A stretch of DNA of 64,000 nt from an uncultured Clostridia bacterium (GTDB taxonomy: Bacteria; Bacillota; Clostridia; Oscillospirales; CAG-272): NCBI GenBank assembly GCA_947630015.1, contig CANRFY010000006.1, positions 13,481 through 77,480 on the forward strand. The letters run 5' to 3'. Positions 9,788 to 20,824 of this stretch are shown here, piece after piece. How positions within the stretch are numbered: the first letter of the stretch is position 1; each line of letters starts with the position of its first letter. The notes beneath the pieces are model-generated. The model saw nothing but the letters and a program-made list of their open reading frames with translations. It made no database searches and had not been told where the DNA came from. A program made the translations under genes and the position numbers.

Positions 9788-11620
9788 ATGGTAAGAACAG
9801 ATTTGCGGAATATAGCGATTATAGCGCACGTCGATCACGGCAAGACGACGCTCGTCGACGAGATGCTGAAGCAGTGCGGCGAATATCATGAAAAGCAGCA
9901 GATAACGGAACGCGTCATGGATTCGGGCGATCTCGAACGCGAGCGCGGGATCACGATCCTCGCGAAAAATACGTCCGTCCAGTACGGGGACGTAAAGATA
10001 AACATAGTCGACACTCCCGGCCACGCCGATTTCGGCGGCGAGGTCGAGCGCATATTAAAGATGGTGAACGGCGTGCTTCTGCTCGTCGACGCGGCGGAGG
10101 GACCGATGCCGCAGACGCGGTTCGTCCTCGGACGCGCGATGGAGCTTGGTCATCGCGTCATCGTCGTCATAAATAAGATCGATAAGCCCGACGCGCGGAT
10201 TGCGGAGGTTCAGGACGAAGTCCTCGAGCTTCTGCTCGAATTGAACGCGACGCCGGAGCAGTTCGATTCGCCGATGATATTCTGTTCGGGACGCGACGGC
10301 ACAGCGTCGTTCTCGCCGGATGAAAAAGGCGTCGATCTCAAGCCGCTGTTTGATACGATACTCGAATATATGCCCGCGCCCGAGGGCGATCCAGACGGCC
10401 CGCTGCAAATGCTCGTGTCGAACATCGACTACAACGATTATGTCGGCAGGATCGGGATCGGCCGCATCGAGCGCGGCACGATAAAGGTCGGTCAGGAGGT
10501 CGCGATCGTGAATTATCACGATTACGATCCGGAGGCGAAGCCGAAAAAGACGAACGTGGTGTCGCTGTATCAATTCGACGGACTCGCGCGCGACGCCGTT
10601 ACGGAGGCGATGGTGGGCGATATCGTGTGCTTCTCGGGCGCGTCCGACATCACGATCGGCGATACGCTGACGGATCCGGCGATGCCGGAGCCGCTCGAAT
10701 TCGTCAAGATCAGTGAGCCGACGATCGAGATGACGTTCTCCGTCAATGACAGTCCGTTTGCGGGACGCGAGGGCAAATATGTGACGTCGCGCCAGCTCCG
10801 CGCGCGGCTGTACCGCGAGACGCTGAAGGACGTGTCGCTGCGCGTCACGGACGGGGATACGACCGATTGCTTCTATGTTGCCGGTCGAGGCGAGATGCAT
10901 CTGTCGATATTGATCGAGACGATGCGCCGCGAGGGGTACGAGCTTTGCTGCTCGATGCCGCGCGTGCTGTACCGTGAGATCGACGGCGTGAAATGCGAGC
11001 CGATGGAGCGCGTATCGATCGACGTGCCGGAGGCGAGCGTCGGCGTCGTGATCGAGAAATTGGGCGCGAGAAAGGGCGAGCTTTTGGAGATGAATCTCGT
11101 CGGATCGCGCATGAAGATCGAATATTCGATCCCGTCGCGCTGCCTGTTCGGTTACAGAAGCGAATTTCTAACCGATACGTGCGGCGAGGGCATATTGAAT
11201 ACGATATTCGACGGCTATAAGCCGTTCAAGGGCGATATAACGCTGCGATTCACGGGATCGCTCGTCGCGTCGGAGGCGGGCGAGGCTACGTCATACGGCC
11301 TCTATAACGCGCAGGATCGCGGCGCGCTCTTCATCGGTGTGCAGACCGAGGTTTACGAGGGCATGATAGTGGGCGAATGCCCGCGCATGGAGAATATCGC
11401 CGTCAACGTGTGCAAGAAGAAGCATCTGACCGCGATCAGATCGACGGGCGCGGACGAGGCGCTCAGACTGACGCCGCCGCGCGTGATGTCGCTCGAACAG
11501 GCGATCGAATTCATCGCCGACGACGAGCTTATCGAGGTCACGCCCAAGTCGCTGCGCCTGCGCAAGCGCATCCTCAATACGGAGCTGCGTTTAAAGGACG
11601 AGGCGAAGAGAAGAAAGTGA
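9788..11620 (+). CDS. typA: translational GTPase TypA/BipA
   Basis: G motifs [17 protein letters not shown] and NKIDK; 610 aa with EF-G-like domain order. Confidence 0.95.
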   Translation: MVRTDLRNIAIIAHVDHGKTTLVDEMLKQCGEYHEKQQITERVMDSGDLERERGITILAKNTSVQYGDVKINIVDTPGHADFGGEVERILKMVNGVLLLVDAAEGPMPQTRFVLGRAMELGHRVIVVINKIDKPDARIAEVQDEVLELLLELNATPEQFDSPMIFCSGRDGTASFSPDEKGVDLKPLFDTILEYMPAPEGDPDGPLQMLVSNIDYNDYVGRIGIGRIERGTIKVGQEVAIVNYHDYDPEAKPKKTNVVSLYQFDGLARDAVTEAMVGDIVCFSGASDITIGDTLTDPAMPEPLEFVKISEPTIEMTFSVNDSPFAGREGKYVTSRQLRARLYRETLKDVSLRVTDGDTTDCFYVAGRGEMHLSILIETMRREGYELCCSMPRVLYREIDGVKCEPMERVSIDVPEASVGVVIEKLGARKGELLEMNLVGSRMKIEYSIPSRCLFGYRSEFLTDTCGEGILNTIFDGYKPFKGDITLRFTGSLVASEAGEATSYGLYNAQDRGALFIGVQTEVYEGMIVGECPRMENIAVNVCKKKHLTAIRSTGADEALRLTPPRVMSLEQAIEFIADDELIEVTPKSLRLRKRILNTELRLKDEAKRRK

Positions 11621-11676
11621 AGGGGGATTAGGGAGCGCGCCAGCGCTCCCTATGGTGTATAGCCTTTGAAAAAGGC

Positions 11677-11722
11677 TAAAAAAGAGTTAAGGGTCTCTTT
11701 GCTGGCCGGCAAAGAGACCCTT
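11677..11722. repeat. left copy of a perfect 46-nt inverted repeat (itself a hairpin)
   Basis: taaaaaagagttaagggtctctttgctggccggcaaagagaccctt is the exact reverse complement of 12550-12595. Confidence 0.85.
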
Positions 11723-12549
11723 GCGCAAAGGCGGAGCCTTTGCAATCCTACCTTTTACTTTTATTAAGTTTTTTCAAAGTTTTAGATTATATCAAAATTT
11801 TTCTTTTCTTGCAAAGATGCGGTTAGGGATGAGGACCCTTTCTTCAAAAGAAAGGGTCCTCCCCCGAACCCCCTCTCCAAAAGAACAACGCGCTGAAGCT
11901 AACTGCGAACAGCTCATCGCGGGGCGTTTGCTTTCACTTACGCGCTAAAATCCACGAAGTGAAGACTTCCGACGCCACCTTTTTTACGAGGTGAGCTTCT
12001 TTTCTTTAAAAAGAAAAGAACCTCCCTCGTACACCCTCAAGAAAAGAAACGCGTTGCCCGTTTCCTTGGCGAAAAGCAAGCAACCGCTGGTTGCCCTATC
12101 TCACCTACGTCAACCAAAGCGAAACTGGCGTTTCCCTTTGTGCGTCGGAGCTGTTCGCACTACGTGAGGATTATCTGGCCATCCAAGCCACATTTTGTTT
12201 GCGACTTTTACGCTTTCATCTCGACCCGTTCGCGGTGACGCCCTATCGCTTTTACCAAATCAATCCCGCGTTTGCCCTGAAATAAACCCTCACGGATGCA
12301 CGACATTGCGCGCCAACCGGCACGAGCCGTCTCGTATCTCATTGTGAGTAGGATCTGTTCGCACGACACGAGCGGAATCTGACGATGTCAGTAATCGATT
12401 AACCAAGACAGAATAAACTCGCTCTCGACGCGCCGCGCGGAGGCACGAACACATTTGCCAAAATAATATCGCGGTTTACGCCCCAAACGATTCTTTCCGC
12501 CGACTGGAGCCGAATTGACGCCACCGGCACGCCGCTTTCTGGGATTGTT

Positions 12550-12595
12550 AAGGGTCTCTTTGCCGGCCAGCAAAGAGACCCTTAACTCTTTTTTA
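12550..12595. repeat. right copy of the perfect 46-nt inverted repeat
   Basis: aagggtctctttgccggccagcaaagagacccttaactctttttta. Confidence 0.85.
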
Positions 12596-12642
12596 ACTTT
12601 GCAAAAGTTTTAAAATAGGAGTGGAAAGCGCCGCATGGCAAA

Positions 12643-13401
12643 TCACCGCAGGCGGGATTCGGTATCATCCCAATCCCGAAATCCGAATGCGATATGCTCC
12701 GGACGGTGCGCGTCGGAGGCGAGGATAAAGCGCCCGCCGCGCGCGCGGATATAATCGTAAATGTCGCGCGCCGGATACGGCGTTTTGCGGTATCCGCGCG
12801 ACACCGCGCCGGTGTTGATCTCAAACACCGCGCCGGTCGAAAGCAGCTTGTCCGCCGCCGCGCGCCACGCGGATATGTATCGCGGATCGCAAGTGTCGAA
12901 GTATTTGCCGTCGCCGTTGTAGACGGTGATGACGTCAAAATGGCCGACAATGTCGGCGCCCGTGACGTCGACGACGCCGCCGACAAGCTCATAATATGCG
13001 GCGGCGAACGCGTACCAGTCGCCGCCGAAATGCTCCTTGACGCCGCGGACGGCGGACGACTCCCAGTCCGTGTTGACGTAGCATCCGTTCACGCATACGG
13101 CGTGAACCGAGCCGATTGCGTAATCGAATCCGACGGCGCGTCCCGAGAAGTAATCCTGCTCGACGCCGCACAAAACGCGGATCTTTCCGCTGTATTTTTC
13201 CGCAAGACGGCGTATCTCGGCGCGGTATTCGAGCGCCGAATCAGGCAGGGTGCATCCCGGCTCGTCGTAGACAGTGTGGGAATGATCCGATATTCCGACC
13301 GTGTCAAGACCGGCCGCGATCGCGGCGAGGATCATGTCCTCCGCCGACGATTTGCCGTCGCTCCAATTTGTGTGAACGTGCAGATCGAAGCGCTGAGACA
13401 T
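12643..13401 (-). CDS. hisK: histidinol-phosphatase, PHP family
   Basis: [16 protein letters not shown]... PHP metal-binding motifs; last gene of the his operon. Confidence 0.8.
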   Translation of the reverse strand: MSQRFDLHVHTNWSDGKSSAEDMILAAIAAGLDTVGISDHSHTVYDEPGCTLPDSALEYRAEIRRLAEKYSGKIRVLCGVEQDYFSGRAVGFDYAIGSVHAVCVNGCYVNTDWESSAVRGVKEHFGGDWYAFAAAYYELVGGVVDVTGADIVGHFDVITVYNGDGKYFDTCDPRYISAWRAAADKLLSTGAVFEINTGAVSRGYRKTPYPARDIYDYIRARGGRFILASDAHRPEHIAFGFRDWDDTESRLR

Positions 13402-14057
13402 TACACCATCTTCTCCTGCTTGACCTTTTTATCGATGACGTGGCGGCTCGCAAGCTCGCGCTTTATGTCGTCGAGACTGATCCCCATCTCGACCATCAGC
13501 ACCATGACGTGATATGCGAGATCGGCGATCTCGTAGATCGTCTCGGCCTTGTCCTGCGCTTTGCCCGCGATTATGACCTCCGTCGACTCCTCGCCGACCT
13601 TTTTGAGGATCTTGTCGATCCCCTTTGCGAACAGATACGAGGTGTAGGAGCCTTCCGTCGGCGACGTCTTGCGCCCGCGCAGAAGCTCCATCAGCCCTTC
13701 ATACGAGAACGGCTCCGCCGCATCTTTTACATAAAGCTGATTGTGAAAGCACGAATCCGCGCCCGTGTGGCACGCGGGTCCGTCCTTTACGACGCGCACG
13801 ACGAGCGCGTCAAGATCGCAGTCGGCGGCGATATCGACGACGTGCTGATAATTTCCGCTCGTCTCGCCTTTAAGCCACAGCTCGCCGCGCGAACGCGAAT
13901 AAAAGCATGACAGCCCTTTTTCAAGCGTTATATCGAGGCTTTCACGGTTCATGTACGCGAGCGTGAGCGGCTTGCCGCTCTCCGCGTCCACGACGACGGC
14001 GGGGATCAGCCCGCGCTCGTCGAATTTGAGATTGTCGAGGATCGTTTTATCGATCAT
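13401..14057 (-). CDS. hisIE: bifunctional phosphoribosyl-AMP cyclohydrolase / phosphoribosyl-ATP diphosphatase
   Basis: The HisI part has [11 protein letters not shown]...CHTG. The HisE part has EESTEVIIA...[12 protein letters not shown]. Confidence 0.9.
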   Translation of the reverse strand: MIDKTILDNLKFDERGLIPAVVVDAESGKPLTLAYMNRESLDITLEKGLSCFYSRSRGELWLKGETSGNYQHVVDIAADCDLDALVVRVVKDGPACHTGADSCFHNQLYVKDAAEPFSYEGLMELLRGRKTSPTEGSYTSYLFAKGIDKILKKVGEESTEVIIAGKAQDKAETIYEIADLAYHVMVLMVEMGISLDDIKRELASRHVIDKKVKQEKMV

Positions 14058-14086
14058 GATGAATTCGCCCTGCCTTTCTTTGCGGC

Positions 14087-14845
14087 TTATATGCGCGCGG
14101 GTATGGAGGCGCGCGCCATTTGATTTTTCAAGTCGTGAATTTTTACCTCGCCCGAATGGAATATCGACGCGGCGAGGCCGGCGTCGACGGTCGGGACGCG
14201 GCGGAACAGCTCAAGAAAATGCTCCGCGCATCCGGCGCCGCCGGATGCGATCACGGGTACGTTTACGGCGGCGCAGACGGCGGTCAGCATCGGGATATCG
14301 AAGCCGCCGCGCACCCCGTCTGTGTCGATGGAGTTGACGACAATCTCGCCCGCGCCGTCGCCGACGCCGCGCCTGACCCATTCGATCAGATCGAGGCCGG
14401 TATCGTCGCGTCCGCCGCGCGCGAATACGCGCCATCCGTCCCCGACACGCTTTGCGTCGACGGACAAAACGACGCACTGACTGCCGTACATCCGCGCCGC
14501 CTCGCCGATTATGGACGGCGTGCGGATCGCGCCGGAATTGACGCTGACCTTGTCCGCGCCGCATCCGAGAACGCGTTCAAAATCCGAAAGCGACGAGATG
14601 CCGCCGCCGACGGTGAGCGGGATGTGGATGTTCTTCGCCGCGTCGACGAGAATGTCCGAAAACAGCCGTCTGCCCTCGGCGGACGCCGTAATATCGTAAA
14701 ATACAAGCTCGTCCGCGCCGCATTCGCTGTAATAGCTGCCGAGCCTGACGGGCGAATCGACGTCGCGAAGATTCTCGAAATTGACGCCCTTCACGACTCT
14801 GCCGTCCTTGACGTCCATGCAGGGGATGATGCGTTTCGTTATCAT
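14087..14845 (-). CDS. hisF: imidazole glycerol phosphate synthase cyclase subunit
   Basis: [20 protein letters not shown]... Trimmed from the 353-aa ORF, whose Arg-rich first 101 aa overlap hisA. The ATG overlaps the hisA stop. Confidence 0.9.
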   Translation of the reverse strand: MITKRIIPCMDVKDGRVVKGVNFENLRDVDSPVRLGSYYSECGADELVFYDITASAEGRRLFSDILVDAAKNIHIPLTVGGGISSLSDFERVLGCGADKVSVNSGAIRTPSIIGEAARMYGSQCVVLSVDAKRVGDGWRVFARGGRDDTGLDLIEWVRRGVGDGAGEIVVNSIDTDGVRGGFDIPMLTAVCAAVNVPVIASGGAGCAEHFLELFRRVPTVDAGLAASIFHSGEVKIHDLKNQMARASIPARI

Positions 14846-15573
14846 AACGGAGCCTCCGCCGCGCGCATCGCGTCCGCGATCTTGATCGCGCCCGTGTAAT
14901 AGGCGCGGCCTATGATCGCGCCGGATACACCGATCTCTCTGAGGCGCGAGATGTCCCCGACCGTCGAGATGCCGCCGGAGGCGATGATGTCGGCGTCGAC
15001 ATCGGCGCACAGACGGCGGTAAAATTCGAGATTGCAGCCCTGCATCGCGCCGTCGCGCGATATATCGGTGCAGATGAAGGAGCGGATGCCGCAGTCCGCA
15101 AGCTGACGGCACAGCGTGACGGCGTCGACGTCGGACGTCGACAGCCATCCGTCAGTGGCGGCCATCCCGTCGCGCGCGTCGATGCCGACCGCGATGCGCG
15201 AGCCGTATTTCCGAGCGGCGGCGAGCAGAAATTCGCGGTCGTTAACGGCTTTGGTGCCGATTATGACGCGATCGACGCAGGCGTCCATGTAGGCGTCGAC
15301 ATCCGCCATCGTGCGGATGCCGCCCCCGATCTGCAAGAACGCGCCCGTTTCGGCTTTTACGGCGCATACGGTGTCAAACGACGTGGGCGCGCCCGATTTC
15401 GCGCCGGCGAGATCGACCATATGGATGCCGTCGGCACCGGCGTCCGCGATCGCGCGGGCGGTTTTGATTATGTCGTCGCCGTAGACGGTGCGGGCGTCGT
15501 AGTCGCCGCGCAAAAGGCGGACGGCCTTGCCGTCAAGGATGTCTATGGCGGGGTAAATTTTCATTTTTTTCAT
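14842..15573 (-). CDS. hisA: ProFAR isomerase
   Basis: MKIYPAIDILDGKAVRLLRGDY...; (beta/alpha)8 HisA pattern. Confidence 0.9.
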   Translation of the reverse strand: MKKMKIYPAIDILDGKAVRLLRGDYDARTVYGDDIIKTARAIADAGADGIHMVDLAGAKSGAPTSFDTVCAVKAETGAFLQIGGGIRTMADVDAYMDACVDRVIIGTKAVNDREFLLAAARKYGSRIAVGIDARDGMAATDGWLSTSDVDAVTLCRQLADCGIRSFICTDISRDGAMQGCNLEFYRRLCADVDADIIASGGISTVGDISRLREIGVSGAIIGRAYYTGAIKIADAMRAAEAPL

Positions 15574-15579
15574 GGAGCC

Positions 15580-16200
15580 TCACAGTTTGTTGTACGCGTC
15601 GATGATGGAAATGCCGACGCGTCCGCTTTTTTCGGGATGGAACTGACAGCCGAAGACGTTTTCATGCGCGGCCGCCGCTGTCAGCGGCGCGCCGTATTCC
15701 GTCACGGCGGCAAGGGAATCGTCGGCGACGCGCGCGTGATACGAATGGACGAAATAGACGTACTGCCCCGACAGCGATCCGTCAAGGAGGCGGTTCGGCT
15801 TTGATATCGAAAGCGAATTCCAGCCGATGTGGGGGATTTTGTATCCGTCGGGGATATCGTCCGCGATCGGCACGATGTCGCCGCGAAGGAGTCCGAGTCC
15901 GGGATGCTCGCCGAATTCAAAGCTGCGATCGAATAAAAGCTGCATCCCGAGACAGATGCCGAGCAGATACGCGCCGCGTCCCGCCGCGTATTTCACGGCG
16001 TCGCCGAGTCCCGTATCGCGAAGCTTATCGGCGGCGTCGCCGAACGCGCCGACGCCCGGCAGAATGAGCTTTCCTGCGCGCGCGATCGCGTCGGGATCGC
16101 GCGATACGACGGACGAGCCGCCTACGGCGTCGAGCGCCGAGGCGAGCGAGAACAGATTTCCGACGCCGTAATCGACGATCGTGACGGGGACGGCGCTCAC
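15580..16200 (-). CDS. hisH: imidazole glycerol phosphate synthase glutamine amidotransferase subunit
   Basis: VTIVDYGVGNLFS...GICLGMQLL...FVHSY. A GTG start at 16200 overlaps the hisB stop. The long Arg-rich upstream extension of the ORF was rejected. Confidence 0.85.
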   Translation of the reverse strand: MSAVPVTIVDYGVGNLFSLASALDAVGGSSVVSRDPDAIARAGKLILPGVGAFGDAADKLRDTGLGDAVKYAAGRGAYLLGICLGMQLLFDRSFEFGEHPGLGLLRGDIVPIADDIPDGYKIPHIGWNSLSISKPNRLLDGSLSGQYVYFVHSYHARVADDSLAAVTEYGAPLTAAAAHENVFGCQFHPEKSGRVGISIIDAYNKL

Positions 16201-16796
16201 AGCAGCGCCCCCTTTGTGGACGGCACCGTATCGGCGGCGTCGGGATCGACGGCGACGGCGGCGCGGAGCGCGCGCGCGGCCGCTTTGAATACGCATTCGA
16301 TTATGTGATGGGCGTTTCTGCCCGCGAGCAGCTTTATGTGCATCGTGATATTCGCATGGCGGACGAACGCGAGCCAGAATTCCTCTGCAAGCTCGGTGTC
16401 GAAATCGCCGACCTTCTCCGCGGTGACGGGTGCGTCGTATGAGAGATGCGAGCGTCCGGACACGTCGACGGCGGCGAGGACGAGAGATTCGTCCATCGGG
16501 ATCGTGACGTCGCCGTAGCGGCGGATGCCGCGTCCGTCGCCGAGCGCCTCCGAAAACGCGTCGCCAAGCACGATGCCGACGTCCTCGACAGTATGATGAT
16601 AGTCGACGTTTGTATCGCCGACGCAGCGGACGGAAAGCGAAAAGCCGCCGTGGCGCGCGAAAAGCGTCAGCATATGATCGAGAAATCCGCATCCGGTGTC
16701 GATATCGGATGCGGAGCCGTTTAAGCCGAGCGTCAGCGAGACGTCGGTCTCGGCCGTTTTGCGGGAGATTTGCGATGTTCTGTTTCCGACTGTCAT
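16197..16796 (-). CDS. hisB: imidazoleglycerol-phosphate dehydratase
   Basis: IDTGCGFLDHMLT...HHTVEDVGI...HHIIE. The ATG at 16796 overlaps the hisC stop (ATGA). Confidence 0.9.
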   Translation of the reverse strand: MTVGNRTSQISRKTAETDVSLTLGLNGSASDIDTGCGFLDHMLTLFARHGGFSLSVRCVGDTNVDYHHTVEDVGIVLGDAFSEALGDGRGIRRYGDVTIPMDESLVLAAVDVSGRSHLSYDAPVTAEKVGDFDTELAEEFWLAFVRHANITMHIKLLAGRNAHHIIECVFKAAARALRAAVAVDPDAADTVPSTKGALL

Positions 16797-17842
16797 GGCA
16801 GTATCCTTTCTGTTGCACTGATGAATCGCTTCATATCGCCCATTTTGCCGATCGTGACGCGGATGAAATCCTCGGCTCTGCCGCCGAAATGGCGGACGAG
16901 GATACCCTCGCGCCGCAGTGCGGCGCACAGCTCCGCGCCCGAGATCGAATCATGGCGGCAGAATACGAAGTTTGCGGACGAATCGGTGACGAAAAATCCG
17001 AGGGCGCGCAGCGCGTCCTTCGTGTATTCGCGCGCGGCGATTATGCGGTCGCGGCATTCGATAAAATACTCGACGTCGCGGAGCGCGCCGACGCCGGCGG
17101 CGGCCGCCGTCCGCGTCACGCAGTACGGGTCGACGGCGAATTTGACCGATGAAAGATCGCGGATAAGCTCGCGGTCGGCGACGGCGAAGCCGAGACGCTC
17201 GCCGGCGAGCGAACGCGATTTTGAAAATGTGCGCGTCACGATCAGATTGTCGTGCGTTTTTATGAGCGGGACCGCGCTCCTCGTCCCGAAATCGACGTAA
17301 GCCTCGTCGATCACGACGATGTTGGAGCCGTTCGCTCCGACGATGCGCTCGATATCGTCGGAATGAAGCGCGACGCCGGTCGGCGCGTTCGGGTTCGGGA
17401 GGAACACGACGCCCGAATTCGACGCGGACGCGTCGCAGAACGCGTCGACGTCGACGGTGAAATCTTCTTTGAGCGGCAGAAGTATCGGCTCGACGCCGTA
17501 AAATCCCGAAAGAGTTTTATAAAATCCGTATGTGAGATCGGGGAAGATGGGACGCTTGTCGCGGCAAAAGGCGGCGAACGCGTAATTCAGCAGCGCGTCG
17601 GAGCCGTTGGCGCAGATGATCTCGCTTTTGTCGACCGAAAGCTCGCGCGAAAGCGCCTCGGCGAGTCTTTTGCATTCTGGATCGGGATACAGCTCGCCGC
17701 GGCAGACGGCGTCGGTGACGAACGACCGCGCCGTCGGAGACGGCGGATAAGGCGATTCGTTCGTATTCAGCTTCAGATATCCGCCCGCGGGCTGTTCGCC
17801 CGGGACGTAAGGCTCGACGGGACGCGATAAAAACCGGCTCAT
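16793..17842 (-). CDS. hisC: histidinol-phosphate aminotransferase
   Basis: LNTNESPYPPSP...TFSKSRSLAGERLG. The internal start MSRFLSRPVEPY overlaps the hisD stop. Confidence 0.9.
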   Translation of the reverse strand: MSRFLSRPVEPYVPGEQPAGGYLKLNTNESPYPPSPTARSFVTDAVCRGELYPDPECKRLAEALSRELSVDKSEIICANGSDALLNYAFAAFCRDKRPIFPDLTYGFYKTLSGFYGVEPILLPLKEDFTVDVDAFCDASASNSGVVFLPNPNAPTGVALHSDDIERIVGANGSNIVVIDEAYVDFGTRSAVPLIKTHDNLIVTRTFSKSRSLAGERLGFAVADRELIRDLSSVKFAVDPYCVTRTAAAAGVGALRDVEYFIECRDRIIAAREYTKDALRALGFFVTDSSANFVFCRHDSISGAELCAALRREGILVRHFGGRAEDFIRVTIGKMGDMKRFISATERILP

Positions 17843-19113
17843 TCCCCGCACCTCGCAGTCACGGAGCGCGCGTGTCCCGACAGCCCCTCCGATTCGGCGA
17901 ACGCGGCGATGTCGGCAGCTTTGAGCGCGAGCGCGTCGCGCGTATAATACGTGTACTGCATCTTCTTCACGAAATCGTCGACTGAAAGCGCGCTCGAAAA
18001 TCTCGCCGAGCCGCCTGTCGGGAGCGTGTGATTCGGCCCCGCCATGTAATCGCCGAGCGCCTCGGGGCAGTCCGCGCCGAGGAATACGGAGCCGGCGTTT
18101 TGTATCGACGGCAGAAGTCCGAACGGATCGCGCACGCAAAGCTCCAAATGCTCGGGCGCAAGCTCGTTTGAGATCGCGACGGCGTCGGCGATGGAGCCGG
18201 CAACGATGATCTTGCCGTTATTTTCCCATGAAGCGCGCGCGATCTCCTCGCGCGGCAGGACCGAGAGCCGGCGTTCGACCTCGGCGGCGACGCATTCAGC
18301 GAGCGATTCCGAATCGGTGAGCAGCACGGCGGACGCGTTTTTGTCGTGTTCCGCCTGCGACAACAGATCGGCGGCTATATGTCCCGCGACGGCGGAGCCG
18401 TCCGCGATCACGAGTATTTCACTCGGCCCCGCGACCATATCGATGCCGACGCGGCCGTATACCTGCCGTTTCGCCTCGGCGACGTAGGCGTTGCCGGGGC
18501 CGACGATCTTATCGACGCGCGGGATCGTGGCGGTGCCGTATGCGAGAGCGGCGACGGCCTGCGCGCCGCCGACCTTGTATATCTCGTCGACGCCCGCGAT
18601 CGCGGCGGCGGCGAGGATGACGGGCGCGACCTTGCCGTCGCGTCCGGGAGGCGTCGTCATCGCGATCTTGCCGACTCCGGCGAGCTTGGCGGGGATCGCG
18701 TCCATCAGCACCGTTGACGGATATGCGGCGCGGCCGCCCGGGACGTAGATGCCGACGCGCGACAGCGGGATCACGCGCTGGCCGAGAATGACGCCGTCCT
18801 CGTCGGCGATCATATAGCCGGAGCGGAGCTGGCGGCTGTGATACGATCTGATCGAATCGGCGGCGCGTCGCATGATGCGTTTCATCTCGCCGTCGACGGC
18901 GAGATCGGCGTCTGCAATTTCCTCCTCGGAGACGCGCAGGGCCGAAAGACGGCAGCCGTCGAAGCGTTCGCCGTAATCATAGAGCGCGTCGTCGCCGCGC
19001 GCGATAACGTCCGCGATGATGCCGCGCACGACGTCGGAGACGTCGAGGGTGGCGTCGGTGCGGGAAAGTATCTTATCGATGGGGTCGCGCCCGAGGCGCA
19101 GGATCTGTTTCAT
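17839..19113 (-). CDS. hisD: histidinol dehydrogenase
   Basis: 424 aa; SQAEHD and GPNHTLPTGGSARF motifs. Confidence 0.95.
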   Translation of the reverse strand: MKQILRLGRDPIDKILSRTDATLDVSDVVRGIIADVIARGDDALYDYGERFDGCRLSALRVSEEEIADADLAVDGEMKRIMRRAADSIRSYHSRQLRSGYMIADEDGVILGQRVIPLSRVGIYVPGGRAAYPSTVLMDAIPAKLAGVGKIAMTTPPGRDGKVAPVILAAAAIAGVDEIYKVGGAQAVAALAYGTATIPRVDKIVGPGNAYVAEAKRQVYGRVGIDMVAGPSEILVIADGSAVAGHIAADLLSQAEHDKNASAVLLTDSESLAECVAAEVERRLSVLPREEIARASWENNGKIIVAGSIADAVAISNELAPEHLELCVRDPFGLLPSIQNAGSVFLGADCPEALGDYMAGPNHTLPTGGSARFSSALSVDDFVKKMQYTYYTRDALALKAADIAAFAESEGLSGHARSVTARCGE

Positions 19114-19736
19114 TTATGATCATCCTCCGCGCGCACCGCGTTCGCGATGCGCATTATATCGTCTTTTTGGAATTTGCAGCTTGCGCGGTTCGCGACGAGG
19201 CGCGCGCTTATGGAAACTACGGTGTCGATGACGTGCAGATTATTTTCCTTGAGCGTCTGACCGGTCTCGACGATATCGACGATGACGTCCGACATTCCGA
19301 TCACGGGCGCAGTCTCGATCGAACCCGACAGCTTGATGATATCGATTTCGCGGCCGAGTCCGGCGTAATATTCGCGCGCGATATGGGGATATTTCGTCGC
19401 GACGCGCAGCTTGCGCGACACGTCGTCGTAGAAATCGGCGGGAGCCGCGACGGCCATTCGGCAGCGGCCGATCCCGAGATCGCAAAGCTCGTATACGTCC
19501 GGCGACTGTTCGAGGATCACGTCCTTGCCGACGACTCCGGCGTCGGCGGCGCCGCGTTCGACGTAGATCGCGACGTCGGACGGCTTGACCCAGATATAGC
19601 GGACGCCGTTTTTCTCGTCGTCGACGGTGAGCCGTCTGTCGCCAGAGCCTATCACGGGACAGTCGTATCCGGCGTCCCGCAGCAGCGAGGTGACTTTATC
19701 CCCGAGCCGCCCTTTAGGCAGCGCCAAATTCAGCAT
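19110..19736 (-). CDS. hisG: ATP phosphoribosyltransferase, short form
   Basis: MLNLALPKGRLGDKV...; about 208 aa with no C-terminal regulatory domain; preceded by hisZ. Confidence 0.9.
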   Translation of the reverse strand: MLNLALPKGRLGDKVTSLLRDAGYDCPVIGSGDRRLTVDDEKNGVRYIWVKPSDVAIYVERGAADAGVVGKDVILEQSPDVYELCDLGIGRCRMAVAAPADFYDDVSRKLRVATKYPHIAREYYAGLGREIDIIKLSGSIETAPVIGMSDVIVDIVETGQTLKENNLHVIDTVVSISARLVANRASCKFQKDDIMRIANAVRAEDDHK

Positions 19737-20821
19737 GATGTCGATACCGCCTTTCCGTTTTTGATCCTTACCGTGCGCCGCACGCGCACGGAATCCGCGT
19801 CGCATTCGCGGCAGATAAGCACGCGTTCGCCGCCCTCGCGCAGCGCGCGCGCCGCGGCAAGCACGTCGCCGATGCCATCGCCGTCGCCGTAGACGACGGC
19901 GCAGTCGGCGTCGCAGCGTTCGCCGGATCTACGGAGCGATTCGAGCAGATCGGTGTACACGGCGAAGCCGAGTCCGGACGCCTGCTTTTTCATTCGGCGC
20001 ATGAGGCCGTCGTACTGACCGCCGTAAAGCACGGCGGATGCAGCGCCGCGAAGATAACCGCGAAGCACGAATCCGTTGTAATAGCGGGTGTCGCCGACGG
20101 AGGAGAGATCGATCCTGACGTCGGGGGAGAATTTCCCGATCGCGGACATAACGCGCGCGAATTCGCCGTCGTCGACATGGAGCGCGCGGCAGATGCGCGC
20201 GATCTCGGGCAGCGCGTCGTCGGGCGAACCCTCGACGGAGAACAGCGACGTGATGAGCGAGCGCCCGTCCTCGTCGACTCCGAGGGACGAGAGAAGCTCC
20301 CATGTCTCGTGCATATTTTTCTTTCCGGCCGGTTCAAGCACGCGGTACCGATCGCCCTCGGGGACGCCGACGGCCTCGAGCGCGCGCAGAACGATCCCGA
20401 GATGGGACACGTCGAGCGCCGCCGCGCCTGTACTGCCGCCGAGGATTGCGAGCGAATCGGCGGCGAGCGTGATCACCTCCGCGATCGCGGTCTCGTCGAT
20501 GCTGCCGATCGTTTCGAGTCCGACCTGCGGGATCTCGCTGTATGTGCCGGAGGAGCCGATGCGATAGACGTTTTCGGCATAGTAGAGGCGGGAGCGCCCG
20601 ACGGCGCCGCCGCTGTGTCTGACGATGGAGAGGGTGACGTCGGGCTTCAGCGCCTTCAGTCTGCCGTCCGTGTCGGTGAAGGCGATGACGGCGGTGGACG
20701 CGAGGAAATCCTTATTCTTTGCGTAAAGATCGTATTCCTCGAATTTTTCCATTTTATATTGCGAATATCCGCAGCTCTCGTAGAGCGCGGACAGCGACGA
20801 TGTTACGGCTGATATATCCAT
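19730..20821 (-). CDS. hisZ: ATP phosphoribosyltransferase regulatory subunit (HisRS paralogue)
   Basis: 363 aa, class-II aaRS-like, directly upstream of and overlapping the short hisG. Confidence 0.85.
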   Translation of the reverse strand: MDISAVTSSLSALYESCGYSQYKMEKFEEYDLYAKNKDFLASTAVIAFTDTDGRLKALKPDVTLSIVRHSGGAVGRSRLYYAENVYRIGSSGTYSEIPQVGLETIGSIDETAIAEVITLAADSLAILGGSTGAAALDVSHLGIVLRALEAVGVPEGDRYRVLEPAGKKNMHETWELLSSLGVDEDGRSLITSLFSVEGSPDDALPEIARICRALHVDDGEFARVMSAIGKFSPDVRIDLSSVGDTRYYNGFVLRGYLRGAASAVLYGGQYDGLMRRMKKQASGLGFAVYTDLLESLRRSGERCDADCAVVYGDGDGIGDVLAAARALREGGERVLICRECDADSVRVRRTVRIKNGKAVSTSC

Positions 20822-20824
20822 TGA

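Noticed and set aside
11723-12549. Housekeeping RNA (RNase P, tmRNA, SRP, 6S) or a protein gene inside the inverted-repeat-bounded block
   Set aside because: None of the signature sequences of these RNAs is visible. ORFs are 75 aa or shorter, with odd composition and no RBS.
14846-15148. Long N-terminal extensions of the hisF, hisH, hisB, hisC and hisG ORFs in the six-frame track
   Set aside because: The extensions are Arg-rich and overlap the upstream his gene. Internal starts give family-typical N-termini and ATGA/GTGA-type coupling with the preceding stop.
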